Assembly: GCA_002476605.1 (NCBI GenBank) | Contig: DLLD01000004.1 | Coordinates: forward strand, 11,472 to 75,471 | Direction of reading: 5' to 3' | DNA length: 64,000 bases | Origin: Christensenella sp. UBA7571 | GTDB taxonomy: Bacteria > Bacillota > Clostridia > Christensenellales > CAG-917 | Part shown: piece by piece, positions 27,896-39,680 of the stretch | Layout: each line of letters begins with the position of its first letter | Numbering within the stretch: position 1 is the stretch's first letter | Position numbers and translations under genes: made by a program | The notes under the pieces: model-generated | Told to the model about the DNA's origin: nothing | Databases searched by the model: none | The model's input: only the letters and a program-made list of their open reading frames with translations

Positions 27896-28357
27896 ATGCG
27901 TATGGCAAAAGTTGCTGTCGGTTGCGATCACGGCGGTTTCCCGCTCAAAGATGCCGTTGTGGCTACGCTTAAAGATCTCGGTGCTGAGGTCGTCGATTTC
28001 GGTTGCGACTCGACCGAGTCCGTGGATTATCCCAAGTATGGCTACAAAGTGGCAAAAGCAGTTGCAAGCGGTGAGTGCGATCTCGGCGTTATAATGTGCG
28101 GTACGGGCATAGGCATTTCAATTGCCGCCAACAAAGTCAAAGGCGTAAGGGCGGGACTTGCCACCAACGCTTTTATGGCGGAGATGACCAGACGCCACAA
28201 CGACGCCAACGTTTTGGCACTCGGCGGACGCGTGGTTACGCCCGAAGAGGCAAAGGAAATCGTGACGGCGTGGTACAACGCGTCGTACGAGGGCGGAAGA
28301 CATCAAAGACGCCTTGATATGATAAATGAAATTGAGGAAATAGAGCGCAATGATTGA
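27896..28357 (+). CDS. rpiB: Ribose-5-phosphate isomerase B (RpiB/LacAB family)
   Basis: VAVGCDHGGF, VIMCGTGIGISIAANKVKGVRA and EGGRHQRR are RpiB signatures. ATG 27896 lies 6 nt after GGAG (27886-27889); starts at 27884 or 27902 cannot be excluded. Confidence 0.9.
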   Translation: MRMAKVAVGCDHGGFPLKDAVVATLKDLGAEVVDFGCDSTESVDYPKYGYKVAKAVASGECDLGVIMCGTGIGISIAANKVKGVRAGLATNAFMAEMTRRHNDANVLALGGRVVTPEEAKEIVTAWYNASYEGGRHQRRLDMINEIEEIERND

Positions 28358-28685
28358 CGAGGTATTGAAAGATATAAGAGAGGCGGAGGCAAAAGCCGAG
28401 CAAATCGCACAAGACGCGTACGCGGAGGGCAAACAAATAGTTTTGCAAGCGGAACTCGACGCTCAAAAGCAAAAGAAAGCCACTTTGCTCGAATGTAAGG
28501 ACGACCAACGCAACGCACTCGCCGCCGCGGAAAAACGCGCAAACGCCAAGCGTGAGGAAATCCTCAAAAAAGGTCAAAAAGCGGCGGATCAACTGATTGA
28601 GGACAAAAATTCCGACGTCGAAGAGCAAGCGGACAAACTTGTGGAAGTGCTTATCGCAAAGTATTGCGGTGAGAAAGAAAATTAA
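28350..28685 (+). CDS. ntpF: V-type ATPase peripheral-stalk subunit (E. hirae NtpF / subunit G-like)
   Basis: 111-aa Ala/Lys/Glu/Gln-rich coiled-coil protein (IREAEAKAEQIAQDAYAEGKQIV...). It sits at the first position of a V-ATPase operon whose order is that of ntpFIKECGABD. The ATG overlaps the rpiB stop (ATGATTGA). The call rests mainly on position and composition. Confidence 0.6.
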   Translation: MIDEVLKDIREAEAKAEQIAQDAYAEGKQIVLQAELDAQKQKKATLLECKDDQRNALAAAEKRANAKREEILKKGQKAADQLIEDKNSDVEEQADKLVEVLIAKYCGEKEN

Positions 28686-28696
28686 TAATTTTCTTT

Positions 28697-28947
28697 GCGC
28701 CGAGTGCTAAACACGTGTCACTTATCTCTACGAGATAACTTGACACATATTTAGGCGCAAACGTCCTGCACAAAAGCAATCGGAGCATTGCTTTTGTGCG
28801 TAAGGTCTCACAACCTTGAGACGGCTCGGCGGTTGCTCGGATAGAAAGTTGATGCTCACAATTAGTCTTCGTGGAGTTATAAACTACGGCTCCGCCTGTC
28901 TACGAGCGTCGTTAGGCGCAATAAATTGCGCTAATGGAATATTCCAC
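28697..28947 (+). repeat. ~250-nt multi-hairpin intergenic element, copy A
   Basis: Near-identical to 59965-60216, with about 15 differences including a 1-nt indel by manual alignment. It contains the hairpins GTGTCAcTTATCTC-tac-GAGATAAcTTGACAC, GCACAAAAGCAAT-cggagc-ATTGCTTTTGTGC and GTCTCA-caacct-TGAGAC, and ends in GGAATATTCC (28936-28945). Confidence 0.9.
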
Positions 28948-28950
28948 ATC

Positions 28951-29087
28951 TGCGCCTACGGCGCAATATCCACTTTTAGCCATAGGCTAAGAATATCACT
29001 TGTGCGTAGCACAAATATCACTGCACCGTAGGTGCAATATCACTCTCGCGAAGCGAGAATATCACTGCGACGAAGTCGCATATCAGT
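28951..29087 (+). repeat. Hairpin-heptamer array 3 (6 units), ending exactly at the ntpI start codon
   Basis: The units are tgcgcc-tac-ggcgca ATATCCAC, tagcc-ata-ggcta..ATATCAC, ttgtgc-gta-gcacaa ATATCAC, tgcacc-gta-ggtgca ATATCAC, tctcgc-gaa-gcgaga ATATCAC and tgcgac-gaa-gtcgca TATCAGT. The last four units start at 29000, 29022, 29044 and 29066, an exact 22-nt phase. Confidence 0.9.
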
Positions 29088-31669
<2,582 letters not shown>

Positions 31670-31674
31670 GAATT

Positions 31675-32250
31675 ATGAGCAAAGAAGCAATTATCGACAA
31701 AATATTGTCCGATGCACAGCTGAAAGCGGACGCTATAATCGGTGAGGCAAAGAATAAAGCCGACGAGATTATCGCAAAGACCGCCGAAGTGTGCAAGGGG
31801 TATATTTACAATAGTAAAGCGGATACGGACAAAGCGGTGTTCGATTTGGAGGCACGCTCCAAAACGGTGGCGGAACTCGACGCAAGAAAACTGCAATTGT
31901 CCGCAAAGGCGCAAATCCTCGATAGAATATTTGCCCGCACGCTTGACAAGTTGAAAAACCTCGATAAAGAGCGTTACACCGCGCTTATTTTCGCGATGCT
32001 CCAAAACGCCGAAGACGGTGACGAAGTGGTGATATCTCAAAGAGAAAAGGATATCGTCACCAAAGAGTCGCTTGAAAAGTTTGCAAAAGAGAAGGGAATA
32101 ACCCTCACTCTTTGCGACGAACTCGGAGATTTTGACGGCGGTATCGTGATAAAAAGCAAGGGAGTGGACAAAAACTTCACTCTCGACGTTGAAACGCAAC
32201 TTCTCAAAGAAGAACTCGAAACGCAAATAGCAAAGGAAATTTTCGGCTGA
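31675..32250 (+). CDS. ntpE: V-type ATPase subunit E
   Basis: 191 aa. N-terminal long helix (IIDKILSDAQLKADAIIGEAKNKADEIIAK), a C-terminal globular part, and operon position. Confidence 0.85.
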   Translation: MSKEAIIDKILSDAQLKADAIIGEAKNKADEIIAKTAEVCKGYIYNSKADTDKAVFDLEARSKTVAELDARKLQLSAKAQILDRIFARTLDKLKNLDKERYTALIFAMLQNAEDGDEVVISQREKDIVTKESLEKFAKEKGITLTLCDELGDFDGGIVIKSKGVDKNFTLDVETQLLKEELETQIAKEIFG

Positions 32251-33221
32251 TGTCAAACTCGTTCGTCTTTCAAAACGCCCAAATAAAAAGCCGTGAAAGC
32301 AAACTTCTCACACTTCAAGGTGTGCAGAGGCTTTTTGACGCGCAAAACGTTAAAGACGCTATGAAAGTGGTGATAGAACTCGGTCTCGGCAATGGTATGA
32401 CCACCGAGGACGAGGACTTCGACACGGTTTTCAAAAACGAGGAAGAAAACCTTTGCGCCTTGCTCAAAGAGATGAACGTCAAAGGCGCGTTGGACGTATT
32501 TTTGCTTGAAAACGATTACGTCAACTTAAAAATCGCCGCAAAAGCGTACGCCACCAAGAGTGGCGATACGCATTTCTTGCCCGACGGACTTTACGAGGCG
32601 CAAAAAATCGTAGAGGCGTTGAGTGCGGAAGAAATCGTAGGCTTTGACAAGCACTTTTTGAGTGCGATAAAAGGCGTTTTGGAAATTTTGAACGGTGAAA
32701 ACCCAAATCCGCGCGCAATCGACAACTATCTCGATAAAAAGACGTACGAGCATATCTTCTCGTCCGTCGCAAAGAGCGGAAAAGAGGCAAAGGCATACTA
32801 CGAGAAAAAGGTTGACTTTGCCAATATCGGTGCGTTTGCGCGTGCGCAAAAACTCGGTCTCGACCAAGAATTTTTCAAGGCGTGCTTCATAGAGGGCGGA
32901 AAGATACCTCTTGCCAAATTTATAGAGCAAGACACCAATCTCGATACGTTCGCACTCAAAATGAAAGACACCGAATTTGAAAAGATTGCGTCCGATTTGG
33001 CGCAAAGCAAAAACGTGGTAGCGTTTGAAGTGACAAGCGAAAACGCGCTTCTCAAAGAGTGGAAAGACGCGGACTTCGATATGTTCTCCATTGCGCCGAT
33101 TGCCGCGTACTATCTCACCAAAAAGACGGAACTTAAAGTGGTAAAACTAATCGTTGCGGGCATCAAAAACCACGTTGACCCGCAAATAATAAAAGAAAGG
33201 ATGCGTGAACTTTATGCGTAA
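32250..33221 (+). CDS. ntpC: V-type ATPase subunit C (eukaryotic d-type)
   Basis: 323-aa helical protein. Its start overlaps the ntpE stop (TGATG). It occupies the fifth position of the operon. Confidence 0.82.
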   Translation: MSNSFVFQNAQIKSRESKLLTLQGVQRLFDAQNVKDAMKVVIELGLGNGMTTEDEDFDTVFKNEEENLCALLKEMNVKGALDVFLLENDYVNLKIAAKAYATKSGDTHFLPDGLYEAQKIVEALSAEEIVGFDKHFLSAIKGVLEILNGENPNPRAIDNYLDKKTYEHIFSSVAKSGKEAKAYYEKKVDFANIGAFARAQKLGLDQEFFKACFIEGGKIPLAKFIEQDTNLDTFALKMKDTEFEKIASDLAQSKNVVAFEVTSENALLKEWKDADFDMFSIAPIAAYYLTKKTELKVVKLIVAGIKNHVDPQIIKERMRELYA

Positions 33222-33540
33222 CGGCGTTGCGGTTGTCGGAGACAAAGATTCCGTGCTTGCATTCAAGGCAATAGGTCTTGACGTATTTCCCGTTGCGGGA
33301 GTAAGCGAAGCAATCGACAAAATTCACGCTCTTGCAAGGCATTACGCGGTGATTTTCGTCACGGAAAAAGTCTATCAAGACGCCGAGACTATCATCAAAA
33401 GATATCAAACTCGTCCCTATCCCGTTATCGTCCCTATTCCTTCTGCGGAAGGCAATGCGGGCACGGGTATGAAAGGGATAAAAGCCAACGTCGAAAAAGC
33501 GATTGGCGCAGACATATTATTCGATAAAGAGGACAAATAA
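33214..33540 (+). CDS. ntpG: V-type ATPase subunit F (E. hirae NtpG)
   Basis: ATG 33214 ([27 protein letters not shown]...) is a typical F-subunit N-terminus. It overlaps the ntpC stop by 8 nt. Confidence 0.85.
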   Translation: MRNGVAVVGDKDSVLAFKAIGLDVFPVAGVSEAIDKIHALARHYAVIFVTEKVYQDAETIIKRYQTRPYPVIVPIPSAEGNAGTGMKGIKANVEKAIGADILFDKEDK

Positions 33541-35303
33541 TGGAAACTGGCAAAATTGTAAAAGTGTCCGGCCCGTTGATAGTTGCCGAGGGTATGTCCC
33601 AAAGCAAAATGTACGACGTCGTACACGTCAGTGAGAAAAAACTCATCGGTGAGATCATCGAATTGCGCGGTGATCGCGCTTCCATACAGGTTTACGAGGA
33701 AACGAGCGGTCTCGGCCCGGGCGAAAACGTTTATACCACGGGCGCGCCCTTGTCGGTGGAACTTGCTCCCGGTCTTATCGAGGGTATTTACGACGGTATT
33801 CAACGTCCGCTTGCAAAGCTTAAAGAAGCTTCGGGCGATCGTATCGAAAGAGGCGTTTATATCCCCGCCGTCGATCACGATAAGAAATGGGAATTCAATC
33901 CCGTCGTCACGGTCGGCACGCAAGTGGAGAGCGGAAGCGTAATCGGTACGGTGCAAGAAAACGTCCTCATTTTGCACAAAATTATGATACCTTACGGCGT
34001 AAAGGGCGTCGTTAAGGAAATCAAAAAAGGCGAATTTACCGTTGACGAAACCGTTGCCGTCGTGGAGACGGAAAAGGGCGACGTCGGCGTTACTATGCTT
34101 CAAAAATGGCCCGTCAGAAAGGGCAGACCGTATAGAGAAAAATTGTCTCCGAAGGCACCTCTCGTCACGGGGCAAAGAGTTATCGACACGCTTTTCCCGA
34201 TTGCAAAAGGCGGTGTGGCGGCAGTCCCCGGTCCGTTTGGAAGCGGAAAAACCGTCGTGCAACATCAGCTTGCAAAATGGGCGGACGCGGACATCATCGT
34301 ATACGTAGGTTGCGGTGAACGCGGAAACGAGATGACGGACGTTCTCAACGAGTTCCCGACTCTTATCGACCCGAAGAGCGGTCAACCGCTTATGAAGCGC
34401 ACCGTGCTTATCGCAAACACGTCGGATATGCCCGTTGCTGCTCGTGAAGCGTCCATTTATACGGGTATCACCATTGCGGAATATTTCAGAGATATGGGCT
34501 ACTCGGTGGCAATTATGGCGGACTCCACTTCGCGTTGGGCAGAGGCTCTTCGTGAAATGAGCGGTCGTCTCGAAGAAATGCCCGGTGAAGAAGGCTATCC
34601 CGCGTACCTTTCCTCCCGTCTTGCGGAATTTTATGAAAGAGCGGGTATCGTCAAGGTGCTCGGTCAAGACGACACGATAGGTTCTATCACTGCAATCGGC
34701 GCGGTATCACCTCCCGGCGGTGACTTGTCCGAGCCCGTATCGCAAGCAACGCTCCGTATCGTCAAAGTGTTCTGGGGATTGAGCGCGTCGCTTGCTTACA
34801 AGCGTCATTTCCCCGCAATCGACTGGATACAAAGCTATTCGCTTTACGCGGATAAACTTGCCGATTGGTACAGCGACCACGTCGGTGACGAATGGGGCGG
34901 ACTGAGAGCAAAGTGTATGCGTATACTTCAAGAAGAGGCGCAACTCGACGAAATCGTGCGACTCGTTGGTATGGACGCACTCTCTCCGAGCAATCGTCTT
35001 ACGATGGAGACTGCAAAGTCCATAAGAGAAGACTATTTGCACCAAAACGCGTTCCACGAGGTCGATACGTTCGCGTCACTTGAAAAACAACAAAATATGC
35101 TTCGTCTTATCCTCGAATTCGACGCGCTCGCAAGAGACGCACTCGACAAAAACGTGGATATCGAGGATATTCTTGCGCTCCAAGTGAGAGAGCAAATCGG
35201 CAGAGCAAAATATATTCCCGAGAGCGAAATGTCAAAATTTGACGCCGTACTTGCCGAAATCAAGAACGAAATGCACGCGCTCACCGATGAAGGAGGTATC
35301 TGA
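33540..35303 (+). CDS. ntpA: V-type ATPase catalytic subunit A
   Basis: Walker [10 protein letters not shown] and the blocks [30 protein letters not shown] and PGGDLSEPV. Confidence 0.97.
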   Translation: METGKIVKVSGPLIVAEGMSQSKMYDVVHVSEKKLIGEIIELRGDRASIQVYEETSGLGPGENVYTTGAPLSVELAPGLIEGIYDGIQRPLAKLKEASGDRIERGVYIPAVDHDKKWEFNPVVTVGTQVESGSVIGTVQENVLILHKIMIPYGVKGVVKEIKKGEFTVDETVAVVETEKGDVGVTMLQKWPVRKGRPYREKLSPKAPLVTGQRVIDTLFPIAKGGVAAVPGPFGSGKTVVQHQLAKWADADIIVYVGCGERGNEMTDVLNEFPTLIDPKSGQPLMKRTVLIANTSDMPVAAREASIYTGITIAEYFRDMGYSVAIMADSTSRWAEALREMSGRLEEMPGEEGYPAYLSSRLAEFYERAGIVKVLGQDDTIGSITAIGAVSPPGGDLSEPVSQATLRIVKVFWGLSASLAYKRHFPAIDWIQSYSLYADKLADWYSDHVGDEWGGLRAKCMRILQEEAQLDEIVRLVGMDALSPSNRLTMETAKSIREDYLHQNAFHEVDTFASLEKQQNMLRLILEFDALARDALDKNVDIEDILALQVREQIGRAKYIPESEMSKFDAVLAEIKNEMHALTDEGGI

Positions 35304-36691
35304 TGCTTAAAGAATACAATACGATAAGAGAAATCGTCGGACCTCTTATGCTCGTTGAGGGCGTCGAGGGCGTAAAATACAACGAACTCGTCGAAATAAG
35401 ACAAGAAAACGGCGAAGTAAGAAGCGGTAAAGTGCTTGAAATCAATCGCGATAAGGCACTCGTGCAACTTTTCGAGGCGTCGCAAGGCATCAAGATGGCA
35501 ACGTCCAAAGCAAGATTTTTGGGACACGGCATCGAACTCGGCGTGAGCGAAGATATGCTCGGAAGAGTTTTCGACGGTATGGGCAGACCTCGTGACGGAG
35601 GCGCACCCATCATTCCCGAAATGAAGCTCGACATCAACGGTCAACCGATAAACCCCGTCGCAAGAGACTATCCAAACGAGTTTATTCAGACGGGTATAAG
35701 CGCAATCGACGGACTTAACACGCTCGTCAGAGGTCAAAAATTACCCGTGTTCTCGATGTCTGGTATGCCTCACGCGGAGCTTGCGGCGCAAATTGCAAGA
35801 CAAGCAAAAGTGCGCGGTACGAACGAAAAATTCGCAGTCGTGTTCGCAGCAGTAGGTATCACCTTTGAAGAGGCGGACTTCTTTATCAGCGATTTCAGAA
35901 AGACGGGCGCAATCGAGCGTGCGGTTATGTTTATCAACCTCGCAAACGACCCCGCAGTCGAGCGTATCTCCACTCCGAGAATGGCACTCACTTGCGCGGA
36001 ATACCTTGCGTTTGAAAAGGATATGCACGTGCTCGTCATCACCACCGACATCACCAACTACGCAGAGGCGTTGCGTGAGGTTTCGGCGGCAAGAAAGGAA
36101 GTGCCCGGTCGTCGCGGTTACCCCGGATATATGTACACCGACCTTGCAAGTATGTACGAGCGCGCGGGCAGAATAGTCGGCAAAAAAGGCTCTATCACTC
36201 AAATTCCTATTTTGACGATGCCCGAAGACGACAAGACACACCCGATCCCCGACCTTACGGGATACATCACCGAGGGACAAATCATCATCTCTCGTGAGCT
36301 TTACAAGAAGGGCATACTTCCGCCGATCGACGTTTTGCCGTCATTGTCCCGTCTTAAAGACAAGGGCATAGGCAAGGGCAAGACGAGAGAGGATCACGCC
36401 GACACTATGAACCAACTTTTCAGTGCGTACGCGCAAGGAAAAGAGGCAAAGGAATTGAGTTCTATTCTCGGTGACGCGGCTCTTACCGAAACGGACAAGA
36501 AGTACGCGCAATTTGCCGAAGAATTTGAAAAACAATACGTCTCGCAAGGCTTCGATACCAATCGCTCCATAGAGGAGACGCTCGATATCGGCTGGCAATT
36601 GCTCAAAATATTGCCCAAGAGCGAGCTTAAACGTATTAGAGACGAATATATTCAAAAATACCTCAAAAACGAGGGTAAAACGGAAGAATAA
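35303..36691 (+). CDS. ntpB: V-type ATPase subunit B
   Basis: [54 protein letters not shown] and [12 protein letters not shown] are typical of the B subunit. Confidence 0.97.
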   Translation: MLKEYNTIREIVGPLMLVEGVEGVKYNELVEIRQENGEVRSGKVLEINRDKALVQLFEASQGIKMATSKARFLGHGIELGVSEDMLGRVFDGMGRPRDGGAPIIPEMKLDINGQPINPVARDYPNEFIQTGISAIDGLNTLVRGQKLPVFSMSGMPHAELAAQIARQAKVRGTNEKFAVVFAAVGITFEEADFFISDFRKTGAIERAVMFINLANDPAVERISTPRMALTCAEYLAFEKDMHVLVITTDITNYAEALREVSAARKEVPGRRGYPGYMYTDLASMYERAGRIVGKKGSITQIPILTMPEDDKTHPIPDLTGYITEGQIIISRELYKKGILPPIDVLPSLSRLKDKGIGKGKTREDHADTMNQLFSAYAQGKEAKELSSILGDAALTETDKKYAQFAEEFEKQYVSQGFDTNRSIEETLDIGWQLLKILPKSELKRIRDEYIQKYLKNEGKTEE

Positions 36692-37326
36692 TGGCAAAAC
36701 TCAACGTCAACCCAACGAGAATGGAGTTGAGACGACTCAAAAATCGTCTCAAAACTGCCACTCGCGGTCACAAACTATTGAAGGATAAATCTGACGAAAT
36801 GATTCGTCAATTTATGCTTTACGTGCGCGAAAATAAGCGTTTGAGAGAGGAAGTCGAGAAGGAATTGACTGACTCTTTGAAGGCGTTTATGCTTGCGCGC
36901 GCCGTTTCGAGCGACGCCGTTATCGAAGAAGCTATCGCAATGCCGTCGGCAAAGGTTGGGCTGGAAACGTCGTCGAAAAACGTTATGAGCGTTGACGTGC
37001 CCGTCTTTAAGATTACCGAGAGCGAGACAAGCGAGCTTTATCCTTATTCCTTTGCAAGCGTCACGAGCGAACTTGACGACTCTATTGCCTCACTTACGGG
37101 CTTGCTTCCCAAGCTTTTGAAGCTTGCGGAGGTGGAGAAGACGTGCAATATGCTTGCCGACGAGATCGAGAAAAACCGTAGACGCGTCAACGCGCTTGAA
37201 TACGTTATGATCCCGCAACTTGAAGAGACTATCAAGTATATCGCGCAAAAACTCGACGAAAACGAGAGGGGCGCAACGACGAGACTTATGAAAGTCAAGT
37301 CTATGATACAAGAAAAAACGGAATAA
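36691..37326 (+). CDS. ntpD: V-type ATPase subunit D
   Basis: [33 protein letters not shown] and [21 protein letters not shown] are hallmark D-subunit motifs. Confidence 0.93.
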   Translation: MAKLNVNPTRMELRRLKNRLKTATRGHKLLKDKSDEMIRQFMLYVRENKRLREEVEKELTDSLKAFMLARAVSSDAVIEEAIAMPSAKVGLETSSKNVMSVDVPVFKITESETSELYPYSFASVTSELDDSIASLTGLLPKLLKLAEVEKTCNMLADEIEKNRRRVNALEYVMIPQLEETIKYIAQKLDENERGATTRLMKVKSMIQEKTE

Positions 37327-37333
37327 TCGTTGC

Positions 37334-37363
37334 CCGCTTGCTTTTTGCAAGCGGTTTGCATTT
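37334..37363 (+). terminator. Intrinsic terminator of the V-ATPase operon
   Basis: CCGCTTGC-ttttt-GCAAGCGG followed by TTTGCATTT. Confidence 0.7.
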
Positions 37364-37405
37364 ATAATACTTATAATTTGAATACGATAATACGGACGAA
37401 ATACT

Positions 37406-38275
37406 ATGGCAGAAAACAAAATTTACCAAAATTGCACGGTGGAGAACGAGACTTTTGACGAGGAGCGTGCCTTTTACGGCGCAAGAAACGTCAAGGTGAA
37501 AAACGTCAAGATAGACGGGCCGGCGGACGGTGAAAGCGCGTTCAAGGAGTGCAGAGACGTCGAGTGCACGGATTGTTTTTTCAATCTTCGCTATCCGTTT
37601 TGGCACAATCACAATCTCAAAATAGAAAACAGCGAAATGACCGAGCTTTGTCGCGCGTCGCTTTGGTATAGCGAAAATATCGATATAAAAGACGTCAAAA
37701 TGCACGGCATAAAGGCACTTCGCGAGTGCAAAAACGTAAATATCGACGGTTGTCATATCGTCTCACCCGAGTTCGGTTGGTCGGTGCACGGCATAAATAT
37801 GCGCAATTCGCACGCGGAAAGCGAGTATTTTATGATGCGATCCTCCTCCATTAAATTCAAAAACGTTGACTTCAAGGGTAAATACAGTTTTCAATATATC
37901 AAAGACGCCGTGTTCGAGGACTGCAACTTCGACACCAAGGACGCCTTTTGGCACGCGGAAAACGTGCTCGTCAAGAACTGCGTCGTCAAGGGTGAATATC
38001 TTGCGTGGTATTGCGACGGCGTAACTTTCGACCATTGCAAAATCATAGGCACGCAACCGCTTTGCTATTGCAAAAACCTCAAACTTATCGACTGCGAAAT
38101 GATAGATTGCGATTTTGCCTTTGAAAAGAGCGACGTCGAGGCAACTATAACCACGCCCGTCATAAGCATAAAGAACGTAAGCGACGGATACGTAATCGTG
38201 CCGTCCGTGGGTGAGATTATTTGGGAAGGCGACGAGTATAAAGGCGCAGTCGTCGTTCTCGACAAGGACGAATAA
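37406..38275 (+). CDS. DUF3737-like right-handed beta-helix protein
   Basis: 289 aa with periodic N/D-hydrophobic turns (NVKVKNVKIDG, NLKIENSEM, NIDIKDVKM, NVNIDGCHI, NVLVKNCVV, NLKLIDCEM). Overall similarity to the Firmicutes DUF3737 family is from memory. Confidence 0.65.
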   Translation: MAENKIYQNCTVENETFDEERAFYGARNVKVKNVKIDGPADGESAFKECRDVECTDCFFNLRYPFWHNHNLKIENSEMTELCRASLWYSENIDIKDVKMHGIKALRECKNVNIDGCHIVSPEFGWSVHGINMRNSHAESEYFMMRSSSIKFKNVDFKGKYSFQYIKDAVFEDCNFDTKDAFWHAENVLVKNCVVKGEYLAWYCDGVTFDHCKIIGTQPLCYCKNLKLIDCEMIDCDFAFEKSDVEATITTPVISIKNVSDGYVIVPSVGEIIWEGDEYKGAVVVLDKDE

Positions 38276-38310
38276 CGCTCGAAATTGCGGGGACTTTTGG
38301 CATAATTTTT

Positions 38311-38440
38311 GCGCAAAAATCGCAAAAAAACGCCCAAAAACCGCCTAAAAACCGCACGAAATCAGCGTAAAATCACATAGAAATCTCATAAAAGCGTACA
38401 AGAATCTCATAAAAGCGAACAAAAACCACATAAAATCGGA
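38311..38440. other. Block of ~12 helically phased A-tracts (predicted intrinsically bent DNA)
   Basis: A3-A7 tracts are centred near 38317, 38327, 38338, 38349, 38359, 38370, 38382, 38392, 38403, 38412, 38423 and 38434. Spacing is 8.5-12 nt with a mean close to one helical turn. Confidence 0.8.
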
Positions 38441-38543
38441 GTTTTGAAAAGTCTTGAATTGAAAAATCCGAGGCTTTTTTAATCGAAATACGAAAGAAAT
38501 AATGATCCAAACGAAAAGGTTTTGAAGAAAATTTGAAAAAGTT

Positions 38544-38572
38544 TGTAACCTTTTCGGCGTAGGGGTGTCTTA
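38544..38572 (+). promoter_or_regulatory. Candidate ECF-sigma-type promoter (TGTAAC-N17-GTCT) upstream of the PepSY lipoprotein / sigma / anti-sigma genes
   Basis: TGTAAC at 38544-38549 and GTCTTA from 38567, about 30 nt upstream of the AAGGAGG SD and ATG 38602. It resembles the AAC...GTC/CGTC architecture of group 4 sigma promoters. Confidence 0.4.
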
Positions 38573-38601
38573 TATGTGAAAAACCTAAGGAGGCAACCCC
38601 T

Positions 38602-39621
38602 ATGAAAAAGAAATTTATAATCACACTTGCAATAGTAGCGTTGCTCGTTTGCGCAGTGGTATTCGTCGCTTGCGACGGTAACGACAACGCTGAGAGCAAG
38701 AGAAACGCAGAGTATCAAAACATCGCACTCGCAGCCGTAGGCGCACAAGGACAAAACGTTCAATACTCGTCGGTGTCGGCAAGAAGAAACGCTTTCGTTG
38801 TGGAAGTGGTCATCAACGGCGTAAAATACGACGTTACGATTGACGAAAACAAAGAAGTCGTGTCCGTCAAAATCAACGACCACCAAGTTGACAAAGACAA
38901 TGTTCCCGCTCCTCCGTACGCAAACGAAAATCAATATATCGGCGCGGAAAGAGCAAAGCAAATCGCTTTCGAGGATGCTTTGACGACCATCGACAAGGTG
39001 ACAAAACTCGACGTCGAATTTGACTTTGACGACGGAAAATACCTCTACGAAGTGGAATTTAGAGTCGGTACGGTCAAATACGAATACGATATCGACGCAA
39101 CCACCGGTGAAATCCACAAAAAAGAAGTCAACGATAAGACCGTCGTTGAAAAAGCTCCCGAAGGCGTGACGTTTATCGGTGTGGAAGAAGCTCAAAGAAT
39201 TGTGCTTGAAAACGCCGGCGTAACAGCGGAAGAAGTGACCGTCACCAAGGCAAAACTCGACTTTGAAAAGGGCGCGTACGTGTACGAAATCGAGTTCAAA
39301 AAAGGCACTGTCGAATACGAATACGAAATCAACGCGGTTACGGGCGCAGTCATCAAATTTGAAGTTGACAACGACGAAGACGACGATGACGACAAAGTTC
39401 CCGTCGGACAGTATATCTCGGTTGAAGACGCAAAGCGCACCGCTTTTGCACACGCAGGCGTAACTGCCGAAAACGCGGTGATTGAAAAGGCAGAACTTGA
39501 CGTCGAGCACGGCGTAGTGATTTATGAAATCGAGTTTAAGGCGGGCGGATACGAGTACGAATACGAGATCAACGCCACCACCGGCACAATCATCTCGCAA
39601 GACAAGGAAATCGACGACTGA
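38602..39621 (+). CDS. Lipoprotein with four PepSY-type repeats
   Basis: Lipobox LVCAVVFVAC-D. The unit ...A..IAL..AG......(V/I)..(A/V).LD(F/V)E.G..(V/I)YE(V/I)EF..G..EYEY(D/E)I(D/N)A.TG.I repeats four times (for example YLYEVEFRVGTVKYEYDIDATTGEI, YVYEIEFKKGTVEYEYEINAVTGAV, VIYEIEFKAGGYEYEYEINATTGTI). One linker is acidic: DNDEDDDDDK. Confidence 0.8.
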   Translation: MKKKFIITLAIVALLVCAVVFVACDGNDNAESKRNAEYQNIALAAVGAQGQNVQYSSVSARRNAFVVEVVINGVKYDVTIDENKEVVSVKINDHQVDKDNVPAPPYANENQYIGAERAKQIAFEDALTTIDKVTKLDVEFDFDDGKYLYEVEFRVGTVKYEYDIDATTGEIHKKEVNDKTVVEKAPEGVTFIGVEEAQRIVLENAGVTAEEVTVTKAKLDFEKGAYVYEIEFKKGTVEYEYEINAVTGAVIKFEVDNDEDDDDDKVPVGQYISVEDAKRTAFAHAGVTAENAVIEKAELDVEHGVVIYEIEFKAGGYEYEYEINATTGTIISQDKEIDD

Positions 39622-39680
39622 TAAGGTCGGAATATAAAAATAACCCAAAAAATAGTAAAAAGTAGTAAATAAAGGATAGT

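Noticed and set aside
28702-28710. GAGTGCTAA, identical to the right half of the HrcA CIRCE operator, at the start of the 250-nt element.
   Set aside because: There is no TTAGCACTC left half at the required 9-nt spacing. Copy B reads GAATGCTAA, and no chaperone genes lie downstream. This is a chance half-site.
28816-29031. 71-aa ORF inside copy A of the 250-nt element (and the 63-aa ORF at 59831-60022 in the repeat region upstream of potA).
   Set aside because: Both start at non-ATG codons without an SD. The 1-nt indel between the two element copies destroys the reading frame in copy B, so the conservation is at nucleotide or structure level, not protein level.
33417-37756. Antisense and alternate-frame ORFs across the V-ATPase A/B/D genes (33417-34667, 416 aa; 35033-35737; 35741-36280; 37301-37756).
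   Set aside because: They are shadow ORFs of highly conserved sense genes, with no start-site signals or motifs.
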